From an uncultured Eubacteriales bacterium (GTDB lineage: Bacteria; Bacillota; Clostridia; Oscillospirales; Acutalibacteraceae): a DNA stretch of 64,000 bases. This document shows, piece after piece, positions 44,682 through 53,716 of the stretch. The notes beneath the pieces were generated by a model. The model was not told the DNA's origin. It did not search any database and saw only the letters and a list, made by a program, of their open reading frames with translations. The stretch is from contig CASFBL010000017.1 of assembly GCA_949292775.1 (NCBI GenBank), forward strand, positions 2,387-66,386, given 5' to 3'. The position numbers and the translations under genes were made by a program. Position 1 is the first letter of the stretch; every line of letters begins with the position of its first letter.

Positions 44682-45551
44682 ATGCAAAATCTTGTTAGAA
44701 TGATGGACGAAGACGGCGTGCTTTGCGTGCTCGCTGTGGATTCAACCGAAACGGTGCGTGAAATGCACGCGCTGCATAATACTTCTAAGGTGGTTTCTGC
44801 GGCGCTCGGTCGGCTTTTGACCGGCGCAACGCTTATGGGCAGCATGCTCAAAGGCGAACAGGATACGATTTCGCTGAATATCCGCGCTGACGGGCCTTGC
44901 TCGCCGCTGACGGCGGTTTCCGACAGCCGCGGCTTTGTGCGCGGCTACGCGGGGAAAGAACGCGTGGACTTGCCGCTCAACGAAAAAGGCAAGTTGGATG
45001 TTTCCGGGGCGGTCGGCAAAAACGGCACGCTCACAGTTGTCAAAGACATGGGGCTTCGCGAGCCTTATGTCGGGCAGGTGCCTCTGGTTTCCGGCGAAAT
45101 CGCCGAAGACATTACCGCCTATTACGCAGCAAGCGAGCAAACGCCGACGGTGTGCGCGCTCGGCGTTTTGACCGACAAGGAAACCGAGGGCATTCTCTGC
45201 GCGGGCGGGTTTATGATTCAGCTTTTGCCCACCGCGACCGACGACACCATTGACAAGGTTGAAAACGGGCTTCAGAACATCCGCCCCGTGACCACGATGC
45301 TGTTTGAGGGCATGACGCCCGAAGAAATCTGCCGCACGGTTCTGCCGGAGTTTAAGCTTTCGGTGCTCGACACCGCTGAAACGCGTTATTTTTGCCCCTG
45401 CTCACGCGAGCGCATGGAAAAAGCGCTGCTTTCGACCGGTAAACAGGCGCTTTCGGAAATGGCCGAGGACGAACAGACCGAAGTCATCTGCAATTTCTGC
45501 AACCGAAAATATGTGTTTACAAGAGATGAAATTTTGGGGCTGATGAAATGA
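44682..45551 (+). CDS. hslO: Hsp33-family redox-regulated chaperone
   Basis: Start MQNLVRMM at 44682. The C-terminal zinc centre is CPCSRER...CNFCNRKY (CxC...CxxC). Confidence 0.9.
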   Translation: MQNLVRMMDEDGVLCVLAVDSTETVREMHALHNTSKVVSAALGRLLTGATLMGSMLKGEQDTISLNIRADGPCSPLTAVSDSRGFVRGYAGKERVDLPLNEKGKLDVSGAVGKNGTLTVVKDMGLREPYVGQVPLVSGEIAEDITAYYAASEQTPTVCALGVLTDKETEGILCAGGFMIQLLPTATDDTIDKVENGLQNIRPVTTMLFEGMTPEEICRTVLPEFKLSVLDTAETRYFCPCSRERMEKALLSTGKQALSEMAEDEQTEVICNFCNRKYVFTRDEILGLMK

Positions 45552-45931
45552 TAGAGATTTCTGCGTCCGGCAATGCTGTTGCCGTCGTGCTCGGACTCGG
45601 CGCTTTCGTGATTTTGGCGGCGATTCTCGTTTCTTATTTGAGAAAGAACCGAAAAAAGCATGTGGAGGAAAAGGAAGAGGAACCCTTTTCCGAGCCTATA
45701 TATGAACCCGTCGTTAAACCGGCGACCGCCGTTGCAAAACAAGTGATTATGCGCCAAAAGGGTTCTGTGAAAAGGCCTTCTCACCAGCTGGAGTTTGAAG
45801 TGCGCTTCGTCTGCGAGGACGGCGAAGAAATCGTGCTGACCGTTGAGCCGGAGGCTTACGAGCGCATTCCGGAAAACCAGCCCGGCACGCTGGCACTTGT
45901 CAACGGCGCGTTTTTGGATTTTCAGGTGTGA
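45548..45931 (+). CDS. Small membrane-anchored hypothetical protein (DUF2500-like?)
   Basis: One N-terminal TM helix and a ~80 aa soluble domain ending GTLALVNGAFLDFQV. It overlaps the hslO stop by 4 nt. The family assignment is from memory and is weak. Confidence 0.55.
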   Translation: MIEISASGNAVAVVLGLGAFVILAAILVSYLRKNRKKHVEEKEEEPFSEPIYEPVVKPATAVAKQVIMRQKGSVKRPSHQLEFEVRFVCEDGEEIVLTVEPEAYERIPENQPGTLALVNGAFLDFQV

Positions 45932-45961
45932 GACCGCGCCCTTTCAAAATCCGCAATTTGG

Positions 45962-45990
45962 TTGAAAACACAGGAAAAAGCTGATATAAT
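45962..45990 (+). promoter_or_regulatory. Candidate sigma-A promoter of metG-tatD
   Basis: TTGAAA, 17 nt spacer, TATAAT. Confidence 0.55.
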
Positions 45991-46031
45991 ATAATGTCTA
46001 AAACTTTTACACACAGAAAGGAAGAAATACC

Positions 46032-47978
46032 ATGTGTGAGAAACCCAAATTTTATATCACCACTGCCATTGCCTACACTTCGCGCAAGCCGCATATCGGC
46101 AACAGCTATGAAATCGTGCTGACCGACGCTATTGCGCGCTACAAACGAATGTTGGGCTATGATGTATTCTTCCTGACCGGCACTGACGAACACGGGCAAA
46201 AAATCGAGGAATACGCCAAAGAAGCCGGTGTAACGCCGAAAGAATATGTGGACAAGGTCGCCGGCGAAATCCGCGGGATTTGCGATTCGCTCAACACGAC
46301 CTATGATAAATTCATCCGCACCACCGACGATTACCACGAAAAAACGGTGCAGAAGATTTTCAAAAAGCTCTATGACCAGGGCGATATTTACAAAAGCGAA
46401 TATGAGGGACTTTACTGCACCCCGTGCGAAAGCTTCTGGACCGAAAGCCAGTTAGACGAAAACGGCTGCTGCCCCGACTGCCACCGCCCGGTGCAAAAGG
46501 CGAAAGAGGAAGCCTATTTCCTGCGCCTTTCCAAATATCAGAAACAGCTGGAAGAATTCATTGAAAGCCACGAAAACTTCATTTACCCCGAAGCGCGCAA
46601 AAAAGAGATGCTCAACAACTTCATAAAACCCGGTCTTCAGGACCTTTGCGTTTCACGCACCTCGTTCAAATGGGGCATTCCGGTCACCTTTGACGAAAAA
46701 CATGTGGTTTATGTCTGGGTGGACGCGCTTTCCAACTATATCACTGCCCTCGGTTATGACCCCGACGGCAGCAGCGACCTTTATAAAAAATACTGGCCGG
46801 CAGATGTGCATATCATCGGCAAAGACATTGTCCGTTTCCACACGATTTACTGGCCGATTATGCTCATGGCGCTCGGCGAGCCGCTCCCGAAGCAGGTCTA
46901 CGGTCACCCGTGGCTTTTGTTCGGCGAGGATAAAATGTCGAAGTCGCGCGGCAATGTGATTTACGCAGACGACCTGATTTCGGTGTTCGGCGTGGACGCG
47001 GTGCGTTATTACCTGCTTTCCGAAATGCCGCACGCGGCAGACGGCTCGATTACCTATGAAACGATGATTGAGCGCTACAACTCCGATCTTGCTAACACCA
47101 TCGGCAACCTTGTCAACCGCACGGTCGCCATGCAGAATAAATATTTTGGCGGCGTTGTGCAGCCCGGCAATGTGACCGGGGAATTTGACGATGAAGTGAA
47201 AGCTTTGGCCGTTCAGACGCTTCGTGATGTCGACCGCTGCTTTAACGAATACAAAATCAGCGACAGCGTGGCGTGCATTCTGACGCTTGCGCGCCGTTTG
47301 AACAAATACATTGACGAAACCATGCCCTGGGCGCTCGCAAAAGACGAAGAAAAGAAAGCAAGACTCGGCACGGTGCTTTATAACCTTTTGGAGGGCATTC
47401 GCTACCTTGCAATTTTGCTTTCCCCCTATATGCCCGATACTTCTAACGCAATCTTTGAACAGCTCGGCACCGATGTGCGCGATTATGATTCCTTGCGCAC
47501 CTTCGGCGGTTTGAAGGCCGGCGAAAAGGTCGGCGAAGCAAAACCGCTGTTTAACCGCATTGACGCTGAAAAGCTGATTGCGGAGCTGACTGCCGCGCAG
47601 AAAGAAAAGCAGGCAGAAGAAAAGAAAGTGGCCGCCGAGGTCGAGGGCCTTGCACAAATCGGCATTGAAGATTTCGGCAAAGTCGAGCTTCGCGTTGCCG
47701 AAGTGACGGCGTGCGAGCCGATTAAACGCGCGAAAAAGCTGTTAAAACTTACGCTCGACGACGGCACAGGCACGCCGAGAACGGTTGCGAGCAGCATAGC
47801 CAAATGGTATGCGCCCGACGACCTGGTCGGCAAAAAGGTGATTGTTGTTGCAAATTTGAAGCCCGCAGTGCTTTGCGGCGTGGAAAGCAACGGTATGATT
47901 CTGGCGGCAGACTGCGCCGAGGACGATGTGAAAGTCGTGTTTGTAGACGGCATGCCGAACGGTGCAAAAATTCGATGA
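46032..47978 (+). CDS. metG: Methionyl-tRNA synthetase with a C-terminal tRNA-binding domain
   Basis: PHIGNSYE (HIGH), KMSKSRGN (KMSKS) and a CxxC...CPDC zinc knuckle. The C-terminal region is OB-fold-like (GKVELRVAEV...VANLKP). Confidence 0.95.
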   Translation: MCEKPKFYITTAIAYTSRKPHIGNSYEIVLTDAIARYKRMLGYDVFFLTGTDEHGQKIEEYAKEAGVTPKEYVDKVAGEIRGICDSLNTTYDKFIRTTDDYHEKTVQKIFKKLYDQGDIYKSEYEGLYCTPCESFWTESQLDENGCCPDCHRPVQKAKEEAYFLRLSKYQKQLEEFIESHENFIYPEARKKEMLNNFIKPGLQDLCVSRTSFKWGIPVTFDEKHVVYVWVDALSNYITALGYDPDGSSDLYKKYWPADVHIIGKDIVRFHTIYWPIMLMALGEPLPKQVYGHPWLLFGEDKMSKSRGNVIYADDLISVFGVDAVRYYLLSEMPHAADGSITYETMIERYNSDLANTIGNLVNRTVAMQNKYFGGVVQPGNVTGEFDDEVKALAVQTLRDVDRCFNEYKISDSVACILTLARRLNKYIDETMPWALAKDEEKKARLGTVLYNLLEGIRYLAILLSPYMPDTSNAIFEQLGTDVRDYDSLRTFGGLKAGEKVGEAKPLFNRIDAEKLIAELTAAQKEKQAEEKKVAAEVEGLAQIGIEDFGKVELRVAEVTACEPIKRAKKLLKLTLDDGTGTPRTVASSIAKWYAPDDLVGKKVIVVANLKPAVLCGVESNGMILAADCAEDDVKVVFVDGMPNGAKIR

Positions 47979-48745
47979 ACTATCAAAATATTTTTGACAG
48001 CCACGCCCATTACGACGACGAGCGGTTTTCCGATGACCGCGAAGCGCTTTTGGCGACTTTTGAGGAAAGCGGCGTGTGCGGCGTGGTTTCCTGCGGCGTT
48101 AGCCCCGAAACCTGCAAGTTTTCGGTGTCGCTTTCAGAAAAATATCCGTTTATTTACGCGGCGGCGGGCTTTCACCCGCTGAACCTCCGCGAAGTGCCGG
48201 AAGATATTGAAAGTGCGCTCGCGCCGTTTTTTGACTACCAGAAATGTGTGGCGGTCGGCGAAATCGGGCTGGACTATCATTATGAAAAAGAAACGCGCGC
48301 ACAACAGCTCGTGCTGTTTGAACGCCAGCTGCAATTTGCGTGCGAACGGGATTTGCCCGTGATTGTGCATGACCGCGAAGCGCACGCCGACACCTTGGCG
48401 CTTTTGCAAAAATACAAACCGCGCGGCGTGGTGCACTGCTTTACGGGCAGTGTGGAAATGGCGCGCGAGGTGCTGAAACTGGGCATGTACATAGGTCTCG
48501 GCGGCGCAGTGACCTTTAAAAACGCCGTGAAGCCGGTCGAGGTCGCGGCGATGGTGCCCGACGACCGTTTGCTTGTCGAAACCGACGCGCCTTATATGAC
48601 GCCGGTGCCGTTCCGCGGCAAACGCTGTGATTCGCGGCACATTGCCTACACCGCCGAACGCCTTGCAGAGATTCGCTCGACGGATACACAGGCGATTTTG
48701 GACAAGACCTGTCAGAACGCGAAAGACCTTTTCGGCATCGCATAA
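47975..48745 (+). CDS. tatD: TatD-family metal-dependent hydrolase
   Basis: Start MNYQNIFDSHAHYDD overlaps the metG stop (ATGA). EIGLDYHY and ETDAPYMTP are also present. Confidence 0.9.
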   Translation: MNYQNIFDSHAHYDDERFSDDREALLATFEESGVCGVVSCGVSPETCKFSVSLSEKYPFIYAAAGFHPLNLREVPEDIESALAPFFDYQKCVAVGEIGLDYHYEKETRAQQLVLFERQLQFACERDLPVIVHDREAHADTLALLQKYKPRGVVHCFTGSVEMAREVLKLGMYIGLGGAVTFKNAVKPVEVAAMVPDDRLLVETDAPYMTPVPFRGKRCDSRHIAYTAERLAEIRSTDTQAILDKTCQNAKDLFGIA

Positions 48746-48760
48746 ATTCGGAGGCTTTTT

Positions 48761-49495
48761 GTGGAAACCTTTTCGATTGCAAAACTGAATGTCCGTTTTG
48801 AAGCCGCGGGCGACTTGTTATATACCCGCACGCGCGCTTATCTTGCACCCGAACAGAACGCAAAAGCGGACATCACGATTGATTTACCCGAATCATTTTT
48901 CAAAGAAAAACACCGGCAGTTTCCAACATTGACGCTTGACGAGTGCCGCTATGTTTGGGTGGGCGAAGCGTTTTATGCAGGACTTCTTCGGCACGACGGG
49001 CTGTTGATGCACGCTTCGTGCGTGGAACGAAACGGCGGCGCCTATTTGTTTTCCGCAAAAAGCGGCACGGGAAAATCCACCCACACAAAGCTTTGGTTAC
49101 AGGAATTTTCCGACTGCAAAATGATTAACGATGACAAACCGGCTCTAAGACGCATGGACGGGCAGTTTTACGCCTGCGGCACGCCGTTTAGCGGCAAACA
49201 TGATGAAAGCCGCAATGTGCAGGTGCCCGTGCGCGCAATCGTATTTTTAGAGCGCGGCGAAAAAAATGAGGTCGCACCGCTGACATCTGCCGAGGCAATC
49301 CCGCTGTTTTTGTCGCAGACATTGCGCCCGCCGAAAAAAGAATTGATGGCGCAAATGCTCGACCTTTTGGGCGGGTTGCTCGAAAGCGTGCCGGCTTTTC
49401 GGCTTCGGTGCAATATGGAGCCGTCCGCGGCGCATATCGCCTGTCAAAGCATCGAAAACTATATTCAACAAAACAAAAAAGAGGGCTTAAAATGA
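48761..49495 (+). CDS. HPr-kinase-related P-loop protein
   Basis: The GTG start follows GGAGG. SAKSGTGKSTHTKLW is a Walker-A-like loop, followed by INDDKP. Size and layout resemble the HprK C-terminal domain-like proteins found next to PqqD genes. Confidence 0.65.
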   Translation: METFSIAKLNVRFEAAGDLLYTRTRAYLAPEQNAKADITIDLPESFFKEKHRQFPTLTLDECRYVWVGEAFYAGLLRHDGLLMHASCVERNGGAYLFSAKSGTGKSTHTKLWLQEFSDCKMINDDKPALRRMDGQFYACGTPFSGKHDESRNVQVPVRAIVFLERGEKNEVAPLTSAEAIPLFLSQTLRPPKKELMAQMLDLLGGLLESVPAFRLRCNMEPSAAHIACQSIENYIQQNKKEGLK

Positions 49496-49758
49496 AAATA
49501 AAAGAGGGCTTTTTGCTGCGCGAGGTCGCGGGCAGCAACATTGTGGTTCCCGTCGGTAAAGCGGAGCTGGATTTCGGTGGCATGCTGACTTTGAACCCTG
49601 TCGGCGCGTTTATTTGGAATCAGTTAAGCGAGGACACGACCGAAGAAAAAATCGTCCAAGCGGTGCTTGACGCTTATGAAATCGACGAAGCAACCGCGCG
49701 GCGCGACACCCACGCTTTTTTGGAAAAGTTGCGTGAGCAAGGGCTTCTTGAGGACTGA
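49492..49758 (+). CDS. PqqD-family protein (RiPP recognition element-like)
   Basis: 88 aa. MKIKEGFLLREVAGSNIVVP...LNPVGAFIWNQL...EEKIVQAVLDAYEIDEATARRDTHAFLEKLREQGLL is a typical PqqD layout. The ATG overlaps the upstream stop (ATGA). Confidence 0.75.
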   Translation: MKIKEGFLLREVAGSNIVVPVGKAELDFGGMLTLNPVGAFIWNQLSEDTTEEKIVQAVLDAYEIDEATARRDTHAFLEKLREQGLLED

Positions 49759-49764
49759 ATCTGT

Positions 49765-50214
49765 ATGGAAAAGAAAAAGGTTCGCCTTTCCCAAATGCTC
49801 CCGGCTATGGAAGAAACGCTCGCGGCAGGCGGCACGGTGAAACTGCCGATTACCGGCACAAGCATGCTTCCGCTTTTGGTCGCCGGGCGCGACACCGTGA
49901 TTTTGAAAAAACCGGCACTGCCGCTGAAACGGTTTGATTTGCCGCTTTACAGGCGCAAAGACGGCGCGTTTGTTTTACACCGTGTCGTAGCGGTCGAAAA
50001 GGACGGCACTTACACCATGTGCGGCGACAACCAGTGGGTCAAAGAGCCGGGCATTTCCGGCGAACAGTTTATCGGGGTTGTCGAAGCGGTGGAGCGAAAA
50101 GGGAAATTGCTGCCGGTTCAGTCGTTTCGTTACCGTGCTTATGTGCGGTTTTGGCACGCGCTGTTTCCGGTGCGCAAATATCTTGTGAAATTGAGAGGAA
50201 AGCTGAAAAAGTGA
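49765..50214 (+). CDS. Soluble S26B/S24-like serine peptidase (SipW/Sec11-type motifs)
   Basis: GTSMLPLL (Ser nucleophile box), FVLHRVV (His box) and CGDNQ (GDN box). No N-terminal TM helix is visible. Confidence 0.65.
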   Translation: MEKKKVRLSQMLPAMEETLAAGGTVKLPITGTSMLPLLVAGRDTVILKKPALPLKRFDLPLYRRKDGAFVLHRVVAVEKDGTYTMCGDNQWVKEPGISGEQFIGVVEAVERKGKLLPVQSFRYRAYVRFWHALFPVRKYLVKLRGKLKK

Positions 50215-51884
50215 AAAATCCGACTGCACTTCGCTGGATATGGTCCCGCACGAAGCGGGAAACACCGCTTTTGGTGCTGCTGACTTTCAGCAACGCCCTG
50301 CTTTCGGTGTGCTCGGTTTCACTTGCACTGCTCGCAAAGCAGATTGTAGACGCGGCGGTAAGCGCCGACCGTAACCACCTCGTTCGCCATTCTGTGGTTT
50401 TGCTCTGTGTAATTTTATTGCAGGTGCTTTTGCGCGTTTTAATTAAAAGTCTGGAAGTGCGCGTTTCGGGCCGCATGGAAATGGAATACAAACGCGTGCT
50501 GTTCGGCGAGATTTTGTCAAAGGACTATTCTTGTGTGACCGCCTTTCACTCCGGCGAATTGCTGACGCGGCTGACAAGCGACATCACACTTGTGACCGAC
50601 ACGGTAACGACGCTTGTGCCGTCTGTTGCGGCGATGCTCACAAAACTCGTCTGCGCATTTTTGGTTATTTTATCACTCGACAAATGGTTCGCTGCGATTT
50701 TGCTGGTCGGCGGGCTTTTGGTGTTTTCGGGCACGCGGCTTTTCCGCGGCAAAATCAAGTCTATGCACCGCCGCGTGCAGGAGACCGACGGAAGCCTTCG
50801 GTCGTTTTTACAGGAATCGATTGAGAGCCTTTTGGCAGTTCAGGTGTTCGGCGTCCAGAAAAAGGTCGAGGCACAGGCGCTCGAACGCGCCGAAGAAAAT
50901 TATGACGCAAAACTTAAACGCAACCGCTGGGCAATTTTTGCCAATACGGGCTTTTCCGCGGCGTTTGCGTTCGGTTTTTTGTTTGCGCTGGTATTCGGCG
51001 GTTTTCGGCTTTGTGCCGGCGAAATTTCGTTTGGCACGCTGACAGCGCTCTTGCAGCTGGTCAATCAGGTGCAGACCCCGTTTTCGAGCCTTTCCGGCAT
51101 CGTGCCGAAATATTACAGCATGCTCGCGTCGGCAGAACGCTTAATGGAAATCGAAGCCCTGCCGAAAGATGACCCCGAAACGGCGGCGACCGACACCGCG
51201 GCGCTGTGCGAGGGCTTCCAAAGCATTCGATTTGACGGCGTTTCGTTTGCTTACGGGCAAAATGAAGTGCTCACGGACGCAACCTTTGCAATTCAGAAGA
51301 ATGATTTTGTTGTGCTTTCCGGCATTTCCGGCATAGGCAAAAGCACATTGTTTAAACTATTGTTGGGCGTGCTTTCGCCTGATTCCGGCACGATTACCGT
51401 GCAGTCCGGCGGCAAAGCTTATAAAGCGGGAAAAGATACCCGCGCGCTGTTTGCCTATGTGCCGCAGGGAAATCTGTTGTTTTCCGGCACGGTGCGCGAC
51501 AATATTCGGTTCATCCGCGAGGACGCAACGGACGAGGAAGTGAAAGAGGCGGTACGCATCAGCTGTGCCGACAGTTTTGTCTATGATTTACCGAAAGGCC
51601 TTGACACGGTGCTCGGCGAGGGCGGCCGCGGGCTTTCCGAAGGGCAGATTCAGCGCCTTGCTGTGGCGCGCGCCGTGCTGACGGATGCGCCGATTTTGCT
51701 TTTAGATGAGGCAACCTCCGCTTTGGACGAAGAAACCGAACGCCGCTTGCTTGAGAATGTTCGCGCCATGCAAAATAAAACCTGCATCATCATTTCTCAC
51801 AAAAAAGCAGCTTATGCCATTTGTGAGAAAGAAGTGAAAATTTCAGAAAAGCAGGCAGTTTTGCAAAAAATCAGGGAAAAATAA
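50211..51884 (+). CDS. ABC exporter, fused permease-ATPase half transporter
   Basis: The GTG start overlaps the upstream stop (GTGA). It has a six-TM exporter domain, GISGIGKST (Walker A), LSEGQIQRLA (signature) and ILLLDEATSALD (Walker B). There is no N-terminal C39 peptidase domain. Confidence 0.85.
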   Translation: MKNPTALRWIWSRTKRETPLLVLLTFSNALLSVCSVSLALLAKQIVDAAVSADRNHLVRHSVVLLCVILLQVLLRVLIKSLEVRVSGRMEMEYKRVLFGEILSKDYSCVTAFHSGELLTRLTSDITLVTDTVTTLVPSVAAMLTKLVCAFLVILSLDKWFAAILLVGGLLVFSGTRLFRGKIKSMHRRVQETDGSLRSFLQESIESLLAVQVFGVQKKVEAQALERAEENYDAKLKRNRWAIFANTGFSAAFAFGFLFALVFGGFRLCAGEISFGTLTALLQLVNQVQTPFSSLSGIVPKYYSMLASAERLMEIEALPKDDPETAATDTAALCEGFQSIRFDGVSFAYGQNEVLTDATFAIQKNDFVVLSGISGIGKSTLFKLLLGVLSPDSGTITVQSGGKAYKAGKDTRALFAYVPQGNLLFSGTVRDNIRFIREDATDEEVKEAVRISCADSFVYDLPKGLDTVLGEGGRGLSEGQIQRLAVARAVLTDAPILLLDEATSALDEETERRLLENVRAMQNKTCIIISHKKAAYAICEKEVKISEKQAVLQKIREK

Positions 51885-51892
51885 ATTTCGTA

Positions 51893-51921
51893 TTGCGTAT
51901 ACAACGGATTTTTGCTATAAT
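51893..51921 (+). promoter_or_regulatory. Candidate sigma-A promoter of the Wzz/BY-kinase gene
   Basis: TTGCGT, 17 nt spacer, TATAAT. Confidence 0.55.
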
Positions 51922-51978
51922 CTATCATGTTGCAATTTGGGTTATTGTACCCGCGAACCAAAGGGGAATAGAATACAA

Positions 51979-53409
51979 ATGGATTATAATTCTGTTTCAA
52001 AAAAAGACGAGGAAGGGATCAGCATTGAAACCGTGCTGATTTACATCAGAAAAGTATTGGAGCGCTGGTGGATTGTTGCTGTGTCCGCTGTTTTGTTGGC
52101 GGTTGTTGGATTCAGTGCGGCTACCATCACTTATGTGCCGACTTATTCCTCGCAAATTATGTTTATTGCGAGCAACCGGCAAACTTCTATGATTGTTTCC
52201 GGCCAAAGCTCGTCGGATATCAACGCTTCGGTGACACTGGCAACCAGTTACCAGTATGTGTTCACAACGACAGAGCTCGCCACAAAAGTGGCACAGAACT
52301 GTGGCTATAAGGATATTTCGGCAGAGGAAATCAAGCGCTTTGTTTCTGTGCAGTCTGTTGAGGACACGGCGATTGTTAACCTGACCGTCACCACGACCAA
52401 TGCAGATTTATCCTATTCAATTGCAAAGGCCTATCAGAGCCTATATGAAGAAGCCATCACAGCGGCGTTCCCCAGCACTACACTGACGGTGATTGACCCG
52501 CCGCTTCTTCCCGAAAAGCCGAATGCCGACAACAGTGCGCTGATTTATACGCTTCTTGGCTTTGCGGCTGGTCTTGCGCTCTCGGTTTTGGGAATCCTTT
52601 GCAGCGTGATTTTGAAAGACACCGTCAAGAGTACGGACGATGTGCAGAGCAAGCTGGGCTTGAAAATTATCGGCACGGTCAATCATGTTGCCAACAAGTC
52701 GAAAAAGAAAAAGGGTGAAAAGACCAGCATTCTGATTACCGACCGAAAATCAGGCTTCGGGTTTATCGAAACCTTTAAGCTGATCCGCACCAAAATGGAC
52801 CATATCAGTGCCCGCAAAAACATGAAAGCGTTTATTGTGACCAGCACGATGGAAAACGAGGGCAAAACGACCACGGCGGTCAATCTGGCGTTGGCGCTTG
52901 CCAAAAACGGCAAAGAGGTGCTGCTGATTGACGGTGACTTGCGCAAGCCCGCGGTTGCGAAGTCCCTTGGCATCAATGCAGGGGACGACACCGGCATTCT
53001 CGGCATTGTGGAAGGGCAAAAGTCTTTGGCGGATTCCATTAAATATTCTGAAAAATATAATTTGTATTTGCTTTTGAACGGCCGCGCGGTTGTCGACCCT
53101 TCAGAGATGCTCTCCACCTCGCAGACAGAAGAAATCATTGCCCGCGCCAAGCAGGAATTTGATTATGTGGTGATTGACACCGCGCCCAGCGGCGTCGTGG
53201 CAGATGCTTCGATTCTTGCAGGCTTTGCCGATGGCATTGTTTTGGTGATCCGGCAGGATGTTGCACCGCAGCGCCGCATTAAGCGTGCCATAGAAAACCT
53301 CGACAATTCCGGCACGGAAATCATCGGCTGCATTTATAATGATGCCAGCAATGGCAAATATGTTTCCCGCGCATATAACAAACGCTACGGCTACGGTTAC
53401 GGTGAATAA
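51979..53409 (+). CDS. Fused Wzz-type chain-length determinant and bacterial tyrosine (BY) kinase
   Basis: Start MDYNSVSK. Two TM helices flank an extracytoplasmic Wzz-like domain. The C-terminal kinase domain has TSTMENEGKTTT (Walker A), LLIDGDLRKP and VVIDTAP. The tail is Tyr-rich (RAYNKRYGYGYGE). Confidence 0.85.
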   Translation: MDYNSVSKKDEEGISIETVLIYIRKVLERWWIVAVSAVLLAVVGFSAATITYVPTYSSQIMFIASNRQTSMIVSGQSSSDINASVTLATSYQYVFTTTELATKVAQNCGYKDISAEEIKRFVSVQSVEDTAIVNLTVTTTNADLSYSIAKAYQSLYEEAITAAFPSTTLTVIDPPLLPEKPNADNSALIYTLLGFAAGLALSVLGILCSVILKDTVKSTDDVQSKLGLKIIGTVNHVANKSKKKKGEKTSILITDRKSGFGFIETFKLIRTKMDHISARKNMKAFIVTSTMENEGKTTTAVNLALALAKNGKEVLLIDGDLRKPAVAKSLGINAGDDTGILGIVEGQKSLADSIKYSEKYNLYLLLNGRAVVDPSEMLSTSQTEEIIARAKQEFDYVVIDTAPSGVVADASILAGFADGIVLVIRQDVAPQRRIKRAIENLDNSGTEIIGCIYNDASNGKYVSRAYNKRYGYGYGE

Positions 53410-53460
53410 ACCTGCCTAAAGAGCTACGGCTACACGGGGTTACAAAAATATGCAAAAAAA

Positions 53461-53494
53461 AGTAACAAAACCGCATGTTTTGTTACTTTTTTTG
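53461..53494 (+). terminator. Rho-independent terminator after the BY-kinase gene
   Basis: AGTAACAAAAC-CGCAT-GTTTTGTTACT followed by TTTTTTT. Confidence 0.75.
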
Positions 53495-53613
53495 TTTGTG
53501 TCAAAATCAAAAATACACCCTTGTTACAGACGATAAAACACCATATATTGTGCAAAGCGTAAAAAAGAATCTTCCAAAACAGAAAAAAACATGTCAAAGA
53601 GTATAAAAAAAGA

Positions 53614-53642
53614 TTGACGAAGTGCAAAAATTAGGATAAAAT
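53614..53642 (+). promoter_or_regulatory. Candidate sigma-A promoter of the pilus operon
   Basis: TTGACG, 17 nt spacer, TAAAAT, within an AT-rich 300-nt intergenic region. Confidence 0.55.
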
Positions 53643-53716
53643 ACAAAGTGAATAACCGTATGTGGAATTGTTGTGTGTCGTTCCCTGCGGGGCGGAACCT
53701 GGAGGTTTTTGTATCT

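Noticed and set aside
51927-51971. 14-codon uORF (MLQFGLLYPRTKGE) starting 5 nt after the -10 box of the BY-kinase promoter. It was considered as a leader peptide or as the missing RiPP precursor.
   Set aside because: It has no RBS and no leader/core features, and it lies after the exporter gene. It is most likely a chance ORF in the 5' UTR.
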